The position numbers were made by a program, and so were the translations under genes. DNA of 64,000 nt. Origin: a bacterium. Its GTDB lineage: Bacteria > UBA8248 > JACPRG01 > G963555815. Under the pieces are notes generated by a model, which saw only the letters and a list, made by a program, of their open reading frames with translations, was not told the DNA's origin and made no database searches. The stretch lies in assembly GCA_965249615.1 (NCBI GenBank), contig CBDFMI010000006.1, positions 444,132-508,131 on the forward strand, read 5' to 3'. This document shows, in pieces, positions 19,306 to 29,044 of this stretch (within the stretch, counting starts at the first letter, position 1; every line of letters starts with the position of its first letter).

Positions 19306-20034
19306 ATGGCCCAGGAGGGGGTGAACATGGGCGAGCTTTCTTCCACGGCGAAGCGTGCTGTCTCAGCCTACGGCGGGGCCGATCGCTGGCGAAACGCACG
19401 GGCCATCGAGGCTGTGGTCTCGGCCAACGGCTTGGGCTTCCGCTTGAAGTGGCGGCGTCCTGCCCCAAATGCGGACGTCCGGGTGGAGATAGCGGAACCG
19501 GTCGTCAGGATGGATCTCAAAGATAGCGAGGGGCACATCGGCGTGATGGACCGGGGAGACGTGAGGATTGAGACGTCTTCTGGTAAAGTCGTGGCCTCAC
19601 GGCCGAATCCAGAACACCTGTTTCCCTACGGGCGAAGGGCTTTTTGGTGGGATCGGCTCGACCAGATCTACTTCTCAGGGTACGCCTTGTGGAACTACAT
19701 GACGCTTCCGGCCCTGTTGCTCAGGGACGACATCCAATGGGAGGAGCTCAGAGAGGGGAGCCTTCAGGCGCGTTTTCCCAAACATCTTCCAACACATTGC
19801 GAGGTGCAGCAGTTTCATTTCGAGCCGGCCACAGGGCTCCTGCGCCAGCTCGACTACACGGCGGAGGCCTTCGGAAACTGGGCCAAGGCCGCGAACGTGG
19901 TTTTGGAGCACGGCGAATCGGAGGGGATTCCTTATCCTTCACTGCGTCGGGTTACCCCGCGCCGAGGGGACGGCAGCCCGCGCAAGGGGCCGCTCCTCGT
20001 CGGGATCGAATTCCATCGATTCCGGCTCGTCTAG
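19306..20034 (+). CDS. Hypothetical protein (242 aa), no recognised family
   Basis: ORF with coding-like composition, downstream of a strong promoter-like element; convergent with cysC. Confidence 0.4.
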   Translation: MAQEGVNMGELSSTAKRAVSAYGGADRWRNARAIEAVVSANGLGFRLKWRRPAPNADVRVEIAEPVVRMDLKDSEGHIGVMDRGDVRIETSSGKVVASRPNPEHLFPYGRRAFWWDRLDQIYFSGYALWNYMTLPALLLRDDIQWEELREGSLQARFPKHLPTHCEVQQFHFEPATGLLRQLDYTAEAFGNWAKAANVVLEHGESEGIPYPSLRRVTPRRGDGSPRKGPLLVGIEFHRFRLV

Positions 20035-20042
20035 TCCCCAAT

Positions 20043-20675
20043 CTAGTCGATATATCCCAAGCCCTTCAGTTTGGCCTGGATGGTCTGCTTCTCTTCCTCG
20101 GAATAGACGTAATCGGCGGGCTCGATGTAACCGAATTCTTCCAGCCGAGAGAGAATATGCGCGACAGATTCCTTAACCGACTCTTTGTCCGTCTCGACGG
20201 TTATCTCGGGGTTGAGGGGCTCTTCATAGGGGTCTGAGACCCCCGTAAAATTCTTAATCTCACCCTTAAAAGCTTTCGCGTACATCCCTTTCACGTCCCG
20301 TTCTGCGCAGACCTCAACAGGGCATTTGACGTAGAGCTCCACGAAGCGCCCCACCTCGGCCCTTACGGCGTCTCGGATGGCCCGGTAGGGGGCGATGACC
20401 GCCGCCATGTTGGGAACCCCGTTTCGGGTCAAGAGGTGACAGAGGTATCCCAGGCGAATGATGTGCTTATCGCGGTCCTCTTTGGAGAAGCCGAGGTCGG
20501 CGCTGAGATTGCGGCGCACTTCGTCGCCGTCGAAGACCTCGACGTTCGGAAAACCGCGCTCGTGAAGTTTCTCTCCGAGAAGAACGGCAATCGTGCTTTT
20601 CCCTGAGCAGGGAAGGCCTGTGAACCAGACCGTGAACCCTCTGGGTTTATCTTTGATCACTTTCTCTCTCCTCAA
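20043..20675 (-). CDS. cysC: Adenylylsulfate (APS) kinase with a C-terminal extension carrying the LGY tag
   Basis: RGFTVWFTGLPCSGKSTIA (P-loop), FDGDEVRRNL and the LTRNGV core of APS kinase. The C-terminus reads ...LSRLEEFGYIEPADYVYSEEEKQTIQAKLKGLGYID, i.e. two copies of an L..(F/L)GYI(E/D) element. TTG start overlaps the sat stop by 2 nt. Confidence 0.85.
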   Translation of the reverse strand: MRREKVIKDKPRGFTVWFTGLPCSGKSTIAVLLGEKLHERGFPNVEVFDGDEVRRNLSADLGFSKEDRDKHIIRLGYLCHLLTRNGVPNMAAVIAPYRAIRDAVRAEVGRFVELYVKCPVEVCAERDVKGMYAKAFKGEIKNFTGVSDPYEEPLNPEITVETDKESVKESVAHILSRLEEFGYIEPADYVYSEEEKQTIQAKLKGLGYID

Positions 20676-21850
20676 GAGCCGCCGTCAGAACCCTGTCCTG
20701 CCCGCTCGGCGTAAGCCTGGTGCAAGACCCGGGCGACTTCAGGCCGCATCACCTCCGGGGGTGGAAGCTCCCCGCGGTCTAAAATTTCCCTCACACGAGT
20801 TCCGCTCAGGAAGACGCGCTCTTTCTCCCCGTGGGGGCAGGTCTTGGCCGTTATCATGGCCTCACACCCACGGCAGTAGAAGGCGTGGTCGAAGAAGAGA
20901 GGGGTGATCCCGATCTCCGAGGCCTCGAACTCGTGGAAGATATGGTGGGCGTCATAGGAGCCGTAGTAAGACCCGACGCCGGCGTGGTCCCGGCCCACGA
21001 TGAAATGGGTACAGCCGTAGTTCTTTCGCACGATAGCGTGGAAGATGGCCTCCTTCGGCCCGGCGTAGCGCATGGCCGCCGGAAACACGGAGAGGACCGT
21101 CCGGTTCTTGGGAAAATAGCTCTCCAGGATCACCCTGTAGGAGGCCATCCGGAGGTCCGCCGCCAGGTCGCCCTCCTTGGTGGCCCCGACCAGGGGATGA
21201 AGTAGGAGGCCGTCCACACATTCTAGGGCGCACTTCTGAATGTACTCGTGGGCGCGATGAATGGGGTTTCGGGTCTGGAAGGCCACGACCGTCTTCCACC
21301 CCTTGAGCTGAAAGAGAAGGCGGGTCTCCTTGGGTTCCAGATGGAAGTTGGACCACTCGGTGGCGGCCCCTCTTCGAAGGAGTTTAATAGGCCCCCCGAT
21401 GAGGACAGGGCCTCGCTCGAAGACCTGGCGAACCCCGGGGTGGTCCGAATCTTTTGTCCCGAAGACCTGCTCCACCTCCCTCTCCTTGTCCGGCTTCCAC
21501 TGAGAGGTGACCCGAAGAAGCCCGGTCGTTTCCTTCCCGACCGTGAGGGTAATCTCGTCACCTATGGAAAGGGTCTGGGCCGTCTTCTCATCCACGCCGA
21601 GGACGATGGGAAGCGTCCAGGGAAGGCCCAAGGCGAGGCGCTGGTCTTCCACCACAGCCTGGTAGTCCTCCTCCTCCATGAATCCCCTTAGGGGGCTGTA
21701 GGCCCCCGTCGCGATGAGTTCGAGATCGGAATGCTCCTGGGCCGACAGGGCGATTTTCGGCAGCCCTTGGGCTTTTTTGTCCAAGGCGGGCCGATCCTCC
21801 TCCCGGACCATCCGGTCGACGAGGACCCCGCCGTGCGGTTTGATAGGCAC
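20672..21850 (-). CDS. sat: Sulfate adenylyltransferase (homo-oligomeric ATP sulfurylase)
   Basis: VVAFQTRNPIHRAHEYIQK contains both the QTRN and HRAH motifs; 392 aa; translationally coupled to cysC. Confidence 0.85.
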   Translation of the reverse strand: MPIKPHGGVLVDRMVREEDRPALDKKAQGLPKIALSAQEHSDLELIATGAYSPLRGFMEEEDYQAVVEDQRLALGLPWTLPIVLGVDEKTAQTLSIGDEITLTVGKETTGLLRVTSQWKPDKEREVEQVFGTKDSDHPGVRQVFERGPVLIGGPIKLLRRGAATEWSNFHLEPKETRLLFQLKGWKTVVAFQTRNPIHRAHEYIQKCALECVDGLLLHPLVGATKEGDLAADLRMASYRVILESYFPKNRTVLSVFPAAMRYAGPKEAIFHAIVRKNYGCTHFIVGRDHAGVGSYYGSYDAHHIFHEFEASEIGITPLFFDHAFYCRGCEAMITAKTCPHGEKERVFLSGTRVREILDRGELPPPEVMRPEVARVLHQAYAERAGQGSDGGS

Positions 21851-22045
21851 CTAAAAACCCTCCTCACCCCGGAGTCCCGGGGAATTGTATGGGGTGGAAA
21901 GACATCGCGCTTTTGTGTCCAAAACGCCAATTCTATCAGACAATTTCGGGTCCGTCCACCTGCCGCTGTGTTCAGGGGATCAGTTGTGGGGGGCCGGCCT
22001 TGCGGGGTTGAGGGCGGGTTTGCTCGAAGCGTCCTTCCCCGGGTC

Positions 22046-23464
22046 TTATCTCCCGGTGGCGGGCTCTAAATTCACCTCGATATAGCGCGCAATCTGGGGG
22101 TGGACTCGGGAGATCTCGTGGTAGATCTGCTGAGCCGCCCTCCGGTAGGTGAAGTGCCCCTTGGGGTCGGAGCGGAGCTTCACCACGTGCATCACCTCCC
22201 GGAGGTTCATCTGCCAGAGGAAGCGGCGGTGATGAGCGTTTAGGACAAAGTAGGGGGCCTCGTTCGGAAAATCCGCCAAAAACTTCTCAAAACACTTCTC
22301 GGCCTTGTCCACCCCTGCCAAATATTCTTGTTTCAACCCGGCGTCCTCGACGAGCTCGGGGATCGAGAACCCGTGGCGGATGGTCGGGGCCTGAGTGCTC
22401 TGGCTGCACATCCGGTGGCGCTTGAGGTCGAGGAAGGCCCCCTGGTCCACGAGACACTCGAAGGTGTAGGTCAGGTACTCCATCTCCCGGATGGGGATGT
22501 CAAAACGCTCTATTCGGCTCAGGGCCTCTTCAATGACTTTTTCCCGAGCTTCTTGGGGCATCTGTGCCACCCTCTCCCGGATGGCCTCGTAGGGGAGATG
22601 ACTGTATTTGAACAAGATGGCCGCCGCCAGGGCGACGTCGGGGTTTTCGGGGACCTGAACCAGCCGGGCATAATTTTCCTGAGGGCCGGACGCCTTTGAG
22701 ACCGGGGAGCCGTTGGTCATGGTAGAGGCGACGAGCTTCCTGAGGGCCGCCTCCGTGTCTCTCAGATAGGCGTTGTCGTCTGCATACTTGACGAGGGTTG
22801 GGGCGGCCGCCTGGCTGACCTCCTTCAGGGTGGTCCCGATCTGTTGGATTTCGGACAGGTCGTGGGAGAGCATCTTGGTGATGGCGTGCTCCAGGTGTCG
22901 GGCGTTGACGGTCATCCCCACATTGGCCAGGGCGGCGGTGGGGAGGAGAAAGCGCGAGCGGTCGAGGGCGTGGGCCCTCACGCGGACGTTGTATCCCCGA
23001 TCCGTCTCGTTCTCCCTCCTTTGGAGGACCCCCTTCTCTTTGATGAAGGCGTCCAGCTTCGTCTGGACGGCGTGGTAGTTCTCGAACATCCACTGCATGG
23101 CCTCGCGGTATTTTTGGCCGAGGGGTGAGGCGTCCACCTCGTCTGGGACATAATAGTCGTCCGGCTTGAAAACCTGATAGCGGGAGGATTTTTCGGTGTA
23201 GGAGGCGAGACGGTTCGCCTCGATGACTTCCGTTGCGTAGCGCGAAACATTCTCGATGGCGATGGAGAGGACGGCGTGCTCGGCCACCGAGGCGTGCCCA
23301 TAGCCGACGACCCATTTCTCATGGAACTCGGCCGAGGCGCTTTCGGTCAGCTCCTTGGCGATCTCGTCAAAGGCCTTTGGGGAGCGACTCGTCTTCGCGA
23401 AGGCGACGGCGACCACCTCGGGCGGGAGGTCCCGGAGGAGATAGATGCGGCGTTTTTTGTCCAT
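22046..23464 (-). CDS. thyX: FAD-dependent thymidylate synthase ThyX, long tandem-domain form
   Basis: The C-terminal half carries the canonical LKRHRMCSQS (RHR..S) motif. The N-terminal half is Thy1-like (GHASVAEHAVLSIAIENVSRYATEVIEANRLASYTEKSSRYQV) with a degenerate RHR; 472 aa is about twice a standard ThyX. Confidence 0.6.
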   Translation of the reverse strand: MDKKRRIYLLRDLPPEVVAVAFAKTSRSPKAFDEIAKELTESASAEFHEKWVVGYGHASVAEHAVLSIAIENVSRYATEVIEANRLASYTEKSSRYQVFKPDDYYVPDEVDASPLGQKYREAMQWMFENYHAVQTKLDAFIKEKGVLQRRENETDRGYNVRVRAHALDRSRFLLPTAALANVGMTVNARHLEHAITKMLSHDLSEIQQIGTTLKEVSQAAAPTLVKYADDNAYLRDTEAALRKLVASTMTNGSPVSKASGPQENYARLVQVPENPDVALAAAILFKYSHLPYEAIRERVAQMPQEAREKVIEEALSRIERFDIPIREMEYLTYTFECLVDQGAFLDLKRHRMCSQSTQAPTIRHGFSIPELVEDAGLKQEYLAGVDKAEKCFEKFLADFPNEAPYFVLNAHHRRFLWQMNLREVMHVVKLRSDPKGHFTYRRAAQQIYHEISRVHPQIARYIEVNLEPATGR

Positions 23465-23595
23465 GAGTGCCTTAGCGCAAGAGAATCCAGGGTCTGAAGA
23501 TGGACGAGAATGGCAGGGCCAGCGCTTCTTTTATACCAAAACCCCCACGTCTTTCACAATGACCTCAAAAGGCGGGAATTTTGTTCACAGGACCA

Positions 23596-25074
23596 CTATG
23601 GGACCAGGGCGATGGCCGACGCCCCTTGGAAGAAAGGGGCCGCTGAGGCCTTAACCGCGGAGAGCAGGGGGTCGGGATAGAGCCCGATCAGGAGGACTCC
23701 GACCACCATCAAGCCGAGGGCGAGACGGAGTGGGACGGAGGTGGAGATTTCGACCTTTCCGGCCGGTTCCACCATGTACATATTCACGACGACCTTGAAG
23801 TAGTAGTAGACGGAGAGGACGCTGTTCAGGACCCCGATGAGGGCCAGCCAGATATAGCCTGACTCGATGGCCGCCGAGAAGAGATAGAACTTCCCGACAA
23901 AACCCGCCGTCGGCGGGACCCCCGCCAGAGAGAGAAAGAAGACGACAAAGCCGATGCCGGCCAGGGGGTGGGCCCTCGCGAGTCCCCGAAAATCCTCCAC
24001 CCGGTCTCCTCGGAAGTTTTGGCGGCACAGGAGGATCACCATGGCGAAGGCGCCCATGTTCATGAAGATGTAGACGGCCAGGTAGAGGAGGACGCTTGCC
24101 ATCCCGATCTCGCTGCCGACGACGAGGCCGATCATGACGTAGCCGGCATGGGCCACCGAAGAGTAGGCCAGGAGCCGTTTCAGGTTGGACTGAACCATGG
24201 CGGCGATGTTGCCCCAGGTCATGCTGAAGACGGCCAGGAGCCAGAGGAGAATGGCCCACTGGTCGGCGATCCCCTCGAAGGCGACGGCGAAGATCCGGAG
24301 CAACCCCGCGAAGGCCGCCGCCTTGGTCCCCACGCTCATGAAGGCCGTGATGGAGGTGGGGGCTCCCTGGTAGGCGTCCGGGGCCCACATGTGGAAGGGG
24401 ACGAGGGCGATTTTGAAGGCGAACCCAGCCACGATCATGATGACAGAGAGGGTGAGGAGAATATTGGGGCCTGTCATCTCCCCGAAGGCGGCATGCATGG
24501 CGGCGAGGTTCGTCGTCCCCGTAATGCCGTAAGCGAGTGCGATTCCGTAGAGGATGATCCCCGAACTGAAAGCCCCCAGGAGAAAGTATTTGATCCCTCC
24601 CTCTTGGGACAAGAGATCGCGCTTCATGAAGCCGACCAGCATGTAGATGGGGATGGAGAGAAGCTCCATGCCGATGTAGATGGTCAGGAGGTCGCTCCCC
24701 CCGGCCATCACCATCATCCCGATAACGCTGAAGAGGATCAGGGCGTAGTACTCCCCCAGGTGAATCTCCTCTATCGAGAGGTATCGCAGGGAGATGAGGA
24801 CCGTGAGGACGGTGATCGCCAGAAAGATGAACTTGAAGAAGATGGCGAAGGAGTCCACCCGGTACATGTCGCTGAAGAGGCTGGCCTCCATCCCGATCAG
24901 GGGGAGGGTGAGGAGGCCCGTCACGACGACCCCGAAAAGCGTCAGGAGGCCCAAGAGCGCCTTTCGCCTCTGGGGGACAAAGAGGTCCACCAAAATCACG
25001 AGGCAAACGAGGACCGTCATGGCGATCTCCGGCATGATCGCAAAAAGGTTGACGGCGGGGAGCTTAAGCGGCAT
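23596..25074 (-). CDS. nuoN: NADH-quinone oxidoreductase subunit N
   Basis: 14-TM antiporter-like subunit; position and sequence typical of NuoN at the distal end of the operon. Confidence 0.85.
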   Translation of the reverse strand: MPLKLPAVNLFAIMPEIAMTVLVCLVILVDLFVPQRRKALLGLLTLFGVVVTGLLTLPLIGMEASLFSDMYRVDSFAIFFKFIFLAITVLTVLISLRYLSIEEIHLGEYYALILFSVIGMMVMAGGSDLLTIYIGMELLSIPIYMLVGFMKRDLLSQEGGIKYFLLGAFSSGIILYGIALAYGITGTTNLAAMHAAFGEMTGPNILLTLSVIMIVAGFAFKIALVPFHMWAPDAYQGAPTSITAFMSVGTKAAAFAGLLRIFAVAFEGIADQWAILLWLLAVFSMTWGNIAAMVQSNLKRLLAYSSVAHAGYVMIGLVVGSEIGMASVLLYLAVYIFMNMGAFAMVILLCRQNFRGDRVEDFRGLARAHPLAGIGFVVFFLSLAGVPPTAGFVGKFYLFSAAIESGYIWLALIGVLNSVLSVYYYFKVVVNMYMVEPAGKVEISTSVPLRLALGLMVVGVLLIGLYPDPLLSAVKASAAPFFQGASAIALVP

Positions 25075-25077
25075 CTC

Positions 25078-26673
25078 CTACCTGCTCCATTCTGTGGTCA
25101 GGTACTGGTGCTGTCTCAAGGCCTCAGACGCCTGGGCGGACAGGCTTTCGGGCGTCCCCCGGGCCAGCTCCACGTGCTGGATGAGGTTCTTGACGCTCGG
25201 TTCCATGATTTCGAGGAAAGGCTTGGGGTACATCCCGATCCAGAACATGAGAAGGAGGATGGGGAGCATGTAGGCGACTTCGCGGCGGTTCAAGTCCGGG
25301 AGGTTTTGGTTCTCCTCATGGGTCACGGCCCCGAACATCATCCGCTGGAAGAGCCAGAGCATATAGCCCGCCCCGAGGACGATCCCCGTGACAGCGAAGG
25401 CGGCGTACACCGTGCTCGTCTGAAAGACCCCAAGGAGGATGAGGAATTCTCCCACGAAGCCGTTGAGGCCGGGAAGCCCAATGGACGAGAACATGGCGAT
25501 GGCGAAGACCACCGTGAAGACCGGCATCACGCGCGCGAGGCCGCCGTAGTCGGCGATCATTCGGCTGTGTCTTCGCTCATAGAGGATCCCCACGATCAAG
25601 AAGAGGGCCCCGGTGGAGAGACCGTGGTTCAGGTTCTGAAGGAGGGCCCCAAGAAGACCCTGGGGGTTCAGGGCGAAGATCCCCAGCATGACGAACCCGA
25701 GATGGCTCACGGAGCTATAGGCCACCAATTTTTTAATGTCTTTCTGGGCCATGGCCACAAGGGCCCCGTAGATGATCCCGATGATGGCCAGAAGGGCGAT
25801 GAAGGGGACGAGGTTGAAACTGGCCCTGGGCAGCAGGGGGAGGCTGAAGCGGACGAAGCCGTAGGTCCCCATCTTGAGGAGCACCCCGGCCAGGATGACA
25901 CTCCCCGCCGTGGGGGCCTCCACGTGGGCGTCGGGAAGCCAGGTGTGGAAGGGGAACAAGGGGACCTTGATGGCGAAGCCCACAAAGAGGGCGAGGAAGA
26001 TCCAGAACTGAAAGTTCTCGGGCAGCTTCGGCGCCATCCGGTAGAGCTCAAGCAAATTAAAGGTGAACTCGCCGGAGCCGTAGATGGGGTCGGCGTTCAG
26101 GAAGTAAAGGGCCAGAAAACCCAGGAGGAGGAGGACGCTTCCGAAGAGTGTGTAGAGGAAAAACTTGATGGCGGCGTAGAGCTTCCGAGCCCCCCCCCAG
26201 ATGCCGATGAGGAAATACATGGGGACCAGCATGACCTCCCAGAAGACGTAGAACAGGAAAACGTCAAGGGCCATGAAGACCCCCAGCATCCCTGTCTCCA
26301 GGATGAGGAGGCTCACGTAGTACTCTTTTTGCCGCTCTCCGATGTTGCTGAAGGAGCAGAGAACCGCGACGGAGCTGAGGAGCGTGGTCAGGATGATGAG
26401 GGGGAGGCTGATCCCATCGATGCCAAAGAAGTATTGGACCCCGATGGATGGGATCCACTCCGCGCGTTCGACGAACTGCATTTGGACATTGCTCGGCTCA
26501 AAGTAGGGGATCATGAAGAGTGAGGAAAAGAGGGAGATCAGCGAGACGCCGAAGGCGAACCATTTGATGACGAGTGGTCGCTGCCTGGAGAAGAGGAGCA
26601 TGATCAAGACGGCCCCTACGATGGGGACGTAGGCCGTCATCGAAAGGACGGGGAAGCCGAGGGCGTTTGTCAT
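25078..26673 (-). CDS. nuoM: NADH-quinone oxidoreductase subunit M
   Basis: Antiporter-like subunit, 531 aa, conserved NuoM order between L and N. Confidence 0.85.
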   Translation of the reverse strand: MTNALGFPVLSMTAYVPIVGAVLIMLLFSRQRPLVIKWFAFGVSLISLFSSLFMIPYFEPSNVQMQFVERAEWIPSIGVQYFFGIDGISLPLIILTTLLSSVAVLCSFSNIGERQKEYYVSLLILETGMLGVFMALDVFLFYVFWEVMLVPMYFLIGIWGGARKLYAAIKFFLYTLFGSVLLLLGFLALYFLNADPIYGSGEFTFNLLELYRMAPKLPENFQFWIFLALFVGFAIKVPLFPFHTWLPDAHVEAPTAGSVILAGVLLKMGTYGFVRFSLPLLPRASFNLVPFIALLAIIGIIYGALVAMAQKDIKKLVAYSSVSHLGFVMLGIFALNPQGLLGALLQNLNHGLSTGALFLIVGILYERRHSRMIADYGGLARVMPVFTVVFAIAMFSSIGLPGLNGFVGEFLILLGVFQTSTVYAAFAVTGIVLGAGYMLWLFQRMMFGAVTHEENQNLPDLNRREVAYMLPILLLMFWIGMYPKPFLEIMEPSVKNLIQHVELARGTPESLSAQASEALRQHQYLTTEWSR

Positions 26674-26714
26674 AGAGGCGAAACTCCCAGTCAGGACTTA
26701 GAAGTTATCTTTCC

Positions 26715-28748
26715 TCATCCGAGAAGGAGGAAGAGGCTCACGGTGATGAAAATGCCAAGGAGCATGACCAGGGCATAGTTCTGGACGACGCCCGTCTGAA
26801 GGCGGCGAAGCCCCCGGGCCCAGTTGATGAGAATGACCCCGATCCCATTCACGGCGCCGTCCACCGTTTGAAGATCGAAAATGCCAGACAGCTTGCTGAG
26901 GGCCACCGTTCCCCATGAGACCCCGTTGACAGCCCCGTCCACACCCTTGGCGTCAGTGCCCGAACAAAGATGAGCCAGGCGTATCGAGGGCCGTATGAAG
27001 ACGGCGTGGTAGATCTCGTCCACCCAGTATTTATTGAGGAGGAGCCGGTGGACTCCACGGAATCGCTCGGCCACCTTGGCGGGGAGGTCTGGCCGCTTTC
27101 GATACATGTGGCGGGCCAGCATCCACCCCGACACCCCCACCACCACCGAAAAGACGGCGAGCCACAGCTCCAGAAGGCCGAATCTCCCTGATTTGTTTTC
27201 GGCTGAAGCCGCCACCAGCTGGATGCCGGCATGGCCCCCGTCTGGGAAGACTGGCGCCAAATGCTCGTGAAAGAAGTTCATCTGCGGGATGCCGACCCAG
27301 CCCCCCAGCAGGGCGAGGACGGCGAGGATCACCAAGGGAACCGTCATCACGGCGGGGGATTCGTGGACATGGGAGACGACGTGAGGGTCGCCCCGGGATT
27401 CTCCGTAGAAGGCGAGATAGATGAGGCGGAACATGTAGAAGGCCGTCATGAAGGCGGTGATGATCCCCAGGGCGTAGAGGAAATAGTGGCCGCCCTTAAA
27501 AGTCTCGGCCAGGATCTCGTCTTTGCTGAAGAAGCCCGCGAAGGGCGGAATCCCGGCGATGGCGAGGGCCCCCATGTAAAAGGTGATGGCCGTGACGGGG
27601 AGGCGGCGACGAAGCCCCCCCATGTAGCGAAGGTCCTGCCTCCGCCCCTCCTCCGGGTCGGAGTGCAGGGCGTGGATGACGCTCCCCGCGCCGAGGAACA
27701 TGAGGCCTTTGAAAAAGGCGTGGGTCATGAGATGAAAGATCCCGGCCCCGAAGGCCCCCACCCCAAGGGCCATAAACATGTAGCCGAGCTGGCTCACCGT
27801 GGAGTAGGCCAGGACCTTTTTGATGTCATTCTGGACGAGCGCAATGGAGGCGGCGAAGATGGCCGTGAGGGCCCCGACCAGAGCCACCACGCTCATAGAC
27901 ACGGGGGAGAGGAGATACAAGGCGTTCGAGCGGGCCACCATGTAAACCCCGGCGGTCACCATGGTGGCGGCGTGGATGAGGGCGCTGACCGAAGTGGGGC
28001 CTTCCATGGCGTCCGGAAGCCAGGTGTAGAGGGGAAGCTGGGCCGATTTCCCCACGGCCCCCACAAAGAGGAGGAGTGTAATGGCCGTCGCCGCGCCGGC
28101 GATGGCGGAGCCCGCCACCGCTGCCCCGGCCTGATCGAAGACGCCTGCGTAGTTCAGCGTCCCGAATGTCTGGAAGATGAGAAAGAGGCCGAGGAGGAAA
28201 CTCGCGTCCCCGATGCGGTTCATGATGAAGGCCTTTTTTCCCGCGTCGGCGGCTGACTTCTTGTGGTACCAAAAGCCGATGAGGAGATAAGAACAGAGCC
28301 CCACCCCCTCCCAGCCGACGAACATGAGGAGGTAGTTGTTGGCCAGGATGAGAAGGAGCATCGAGAACATGAAGAGGTTCAGGTAGGCGAAGTAGCGGGA
28401 GTAGCCCGGGTCCCCACGCATATACCCGGCCGAGTAGACGTGGATGACGAACCCCACCCCCGTTACCACGAAGAGCATCACGGCGCTGAGGGGGTCCAGA
28501 AGGAACGCCACCTCGACCAGAAGGCTCGGCACCGGGATCCACTCAAAGAGGCGCACCTCACCGCTCAGGCCCCGGAAGACCGCCTGATAGAGGAGGAGGA
28601 GGGACAGCCCCAGAGAAAGGCCGGTGGAGATAATGGCGGGCCAGTGGGCTTTCCTTCCGATGTAGCGCCCGAGGAATCCGTTCACCAAGACCCCCAGGGC
28701 CGGAAAGACGAGGACGAGAGGCAGAAGATTCAGCACTGATATCACCAC
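26715..28748 (-). CDS. nuoL: NADH-quinone oxidoreductase subunit L
   Basis: 677 aa antiporter-like subunit with long C-terminal extension (horizontal helix) typical of NuoL. Confidence 0.85.
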   Translation of the reverse strand: MVISVLNLLPLVLVFPALGVLVNGFLGRYIGRKAHWPAIISTGLSLGLSLLLLYQAVFRGLSGEVRLFEWIPVPSLLVEVAFLLDPLSAVMLFVVTGVGFVIHVYSAGYMRGDPGYSRYFAYLNLFMFSMLLLILANNYLLMFVGWEGVGLCSYLLIGFWYHKKSAADAGKKAFIMNRIGDASFLLGLFLIFQTFGTLNYAGVFDQAGAAVAGSAIAGAATAITLLLFVGAVGKSAQLPLYTWLPDAMEGPTSVSALIHAATMVTAGVYMVARSNALYLLSPVSMSVVALVGALTAIFAASIALVQNDIKKVLAYSTVSQLGYMFMALGVGAFGAGIFHLMTHAFFKGLMFLGAGSVIHALHSDPEEGRRQDLRYMGGLRRRLPVTAITFYMGALAIAGIPPFAGFFSKDEILAETFKGGHYFLYALGIITAFMTAFYMFRLIYLAFYGESRGDPHVVSHVHESPAVMTVPLVILAVLALLGGWVGIPQMNFFHEHLAPVFPDGGHAGIQLVAASAENKSGRFGLLELWLAVFSVVVGVSGWMLARHMYRKRPDLPAKVAERFRGVHRLLLNKYWVDEIYHAVFIRPSIRLAHLCSGTDAKGVDGAVNGVSWGTVALSKLSGIFDLQTVDGAVNGIGVILINWARGLRRLQTGVVQNYALVMLLGIFITVSLFLLLG

Positions 28749-29044
28749 TTCAACAGGTTGATCTCGTCGACGTTTAGGGCGGCTCTTTGCCGGTTGATGG
28801 AGATGATGAGGGCGAGTCCGACGGCGGCCTCGGCCGCCGCCACCGTGATGACAAAGATGGCGAAGACCTGCCCCGTTAGGTTCCCATGGGCCCTGGAGAA
28901 GGCTATCAGGGTCAGGTTGACGGCGTTCAGCATGAGTTCGATGGACATCAGGATGATCATGATGTTTCGCCTGGTCAGGACCCCGACGGCCCCAATCAGG
29001 AAGATGATGCCCCCCAGGGCGAGGTAGTAAGGAATGGGAACCAT
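28742..29044 (-). CDS. nuoK: NADH-quinone oxidoreductase subunit K
   Basis: 100 aa, 3 [38 protein letters not shown] matches NuoK. Confidence 0.85.
   Translation of the reverse strand: MVPIPYYLALGGIIFLIGAVGVLTRRNIMIILMSIELMLNAVNLTLIAFSRAHGNLTGQVFAIFVITVAAAEAAVGLALIISINRQRAALNVDEINLLKW

Noticed and set aside
23968-26523. 851-aa ORF antisense to nuoN/nuoM
   Set aside because: Translation is low-complexity E/D/G/H-rich with no family features. Long antisense ORFs are expected in high-GC coding DNA. The sense-strand products are unmistakable Nuo subunits.
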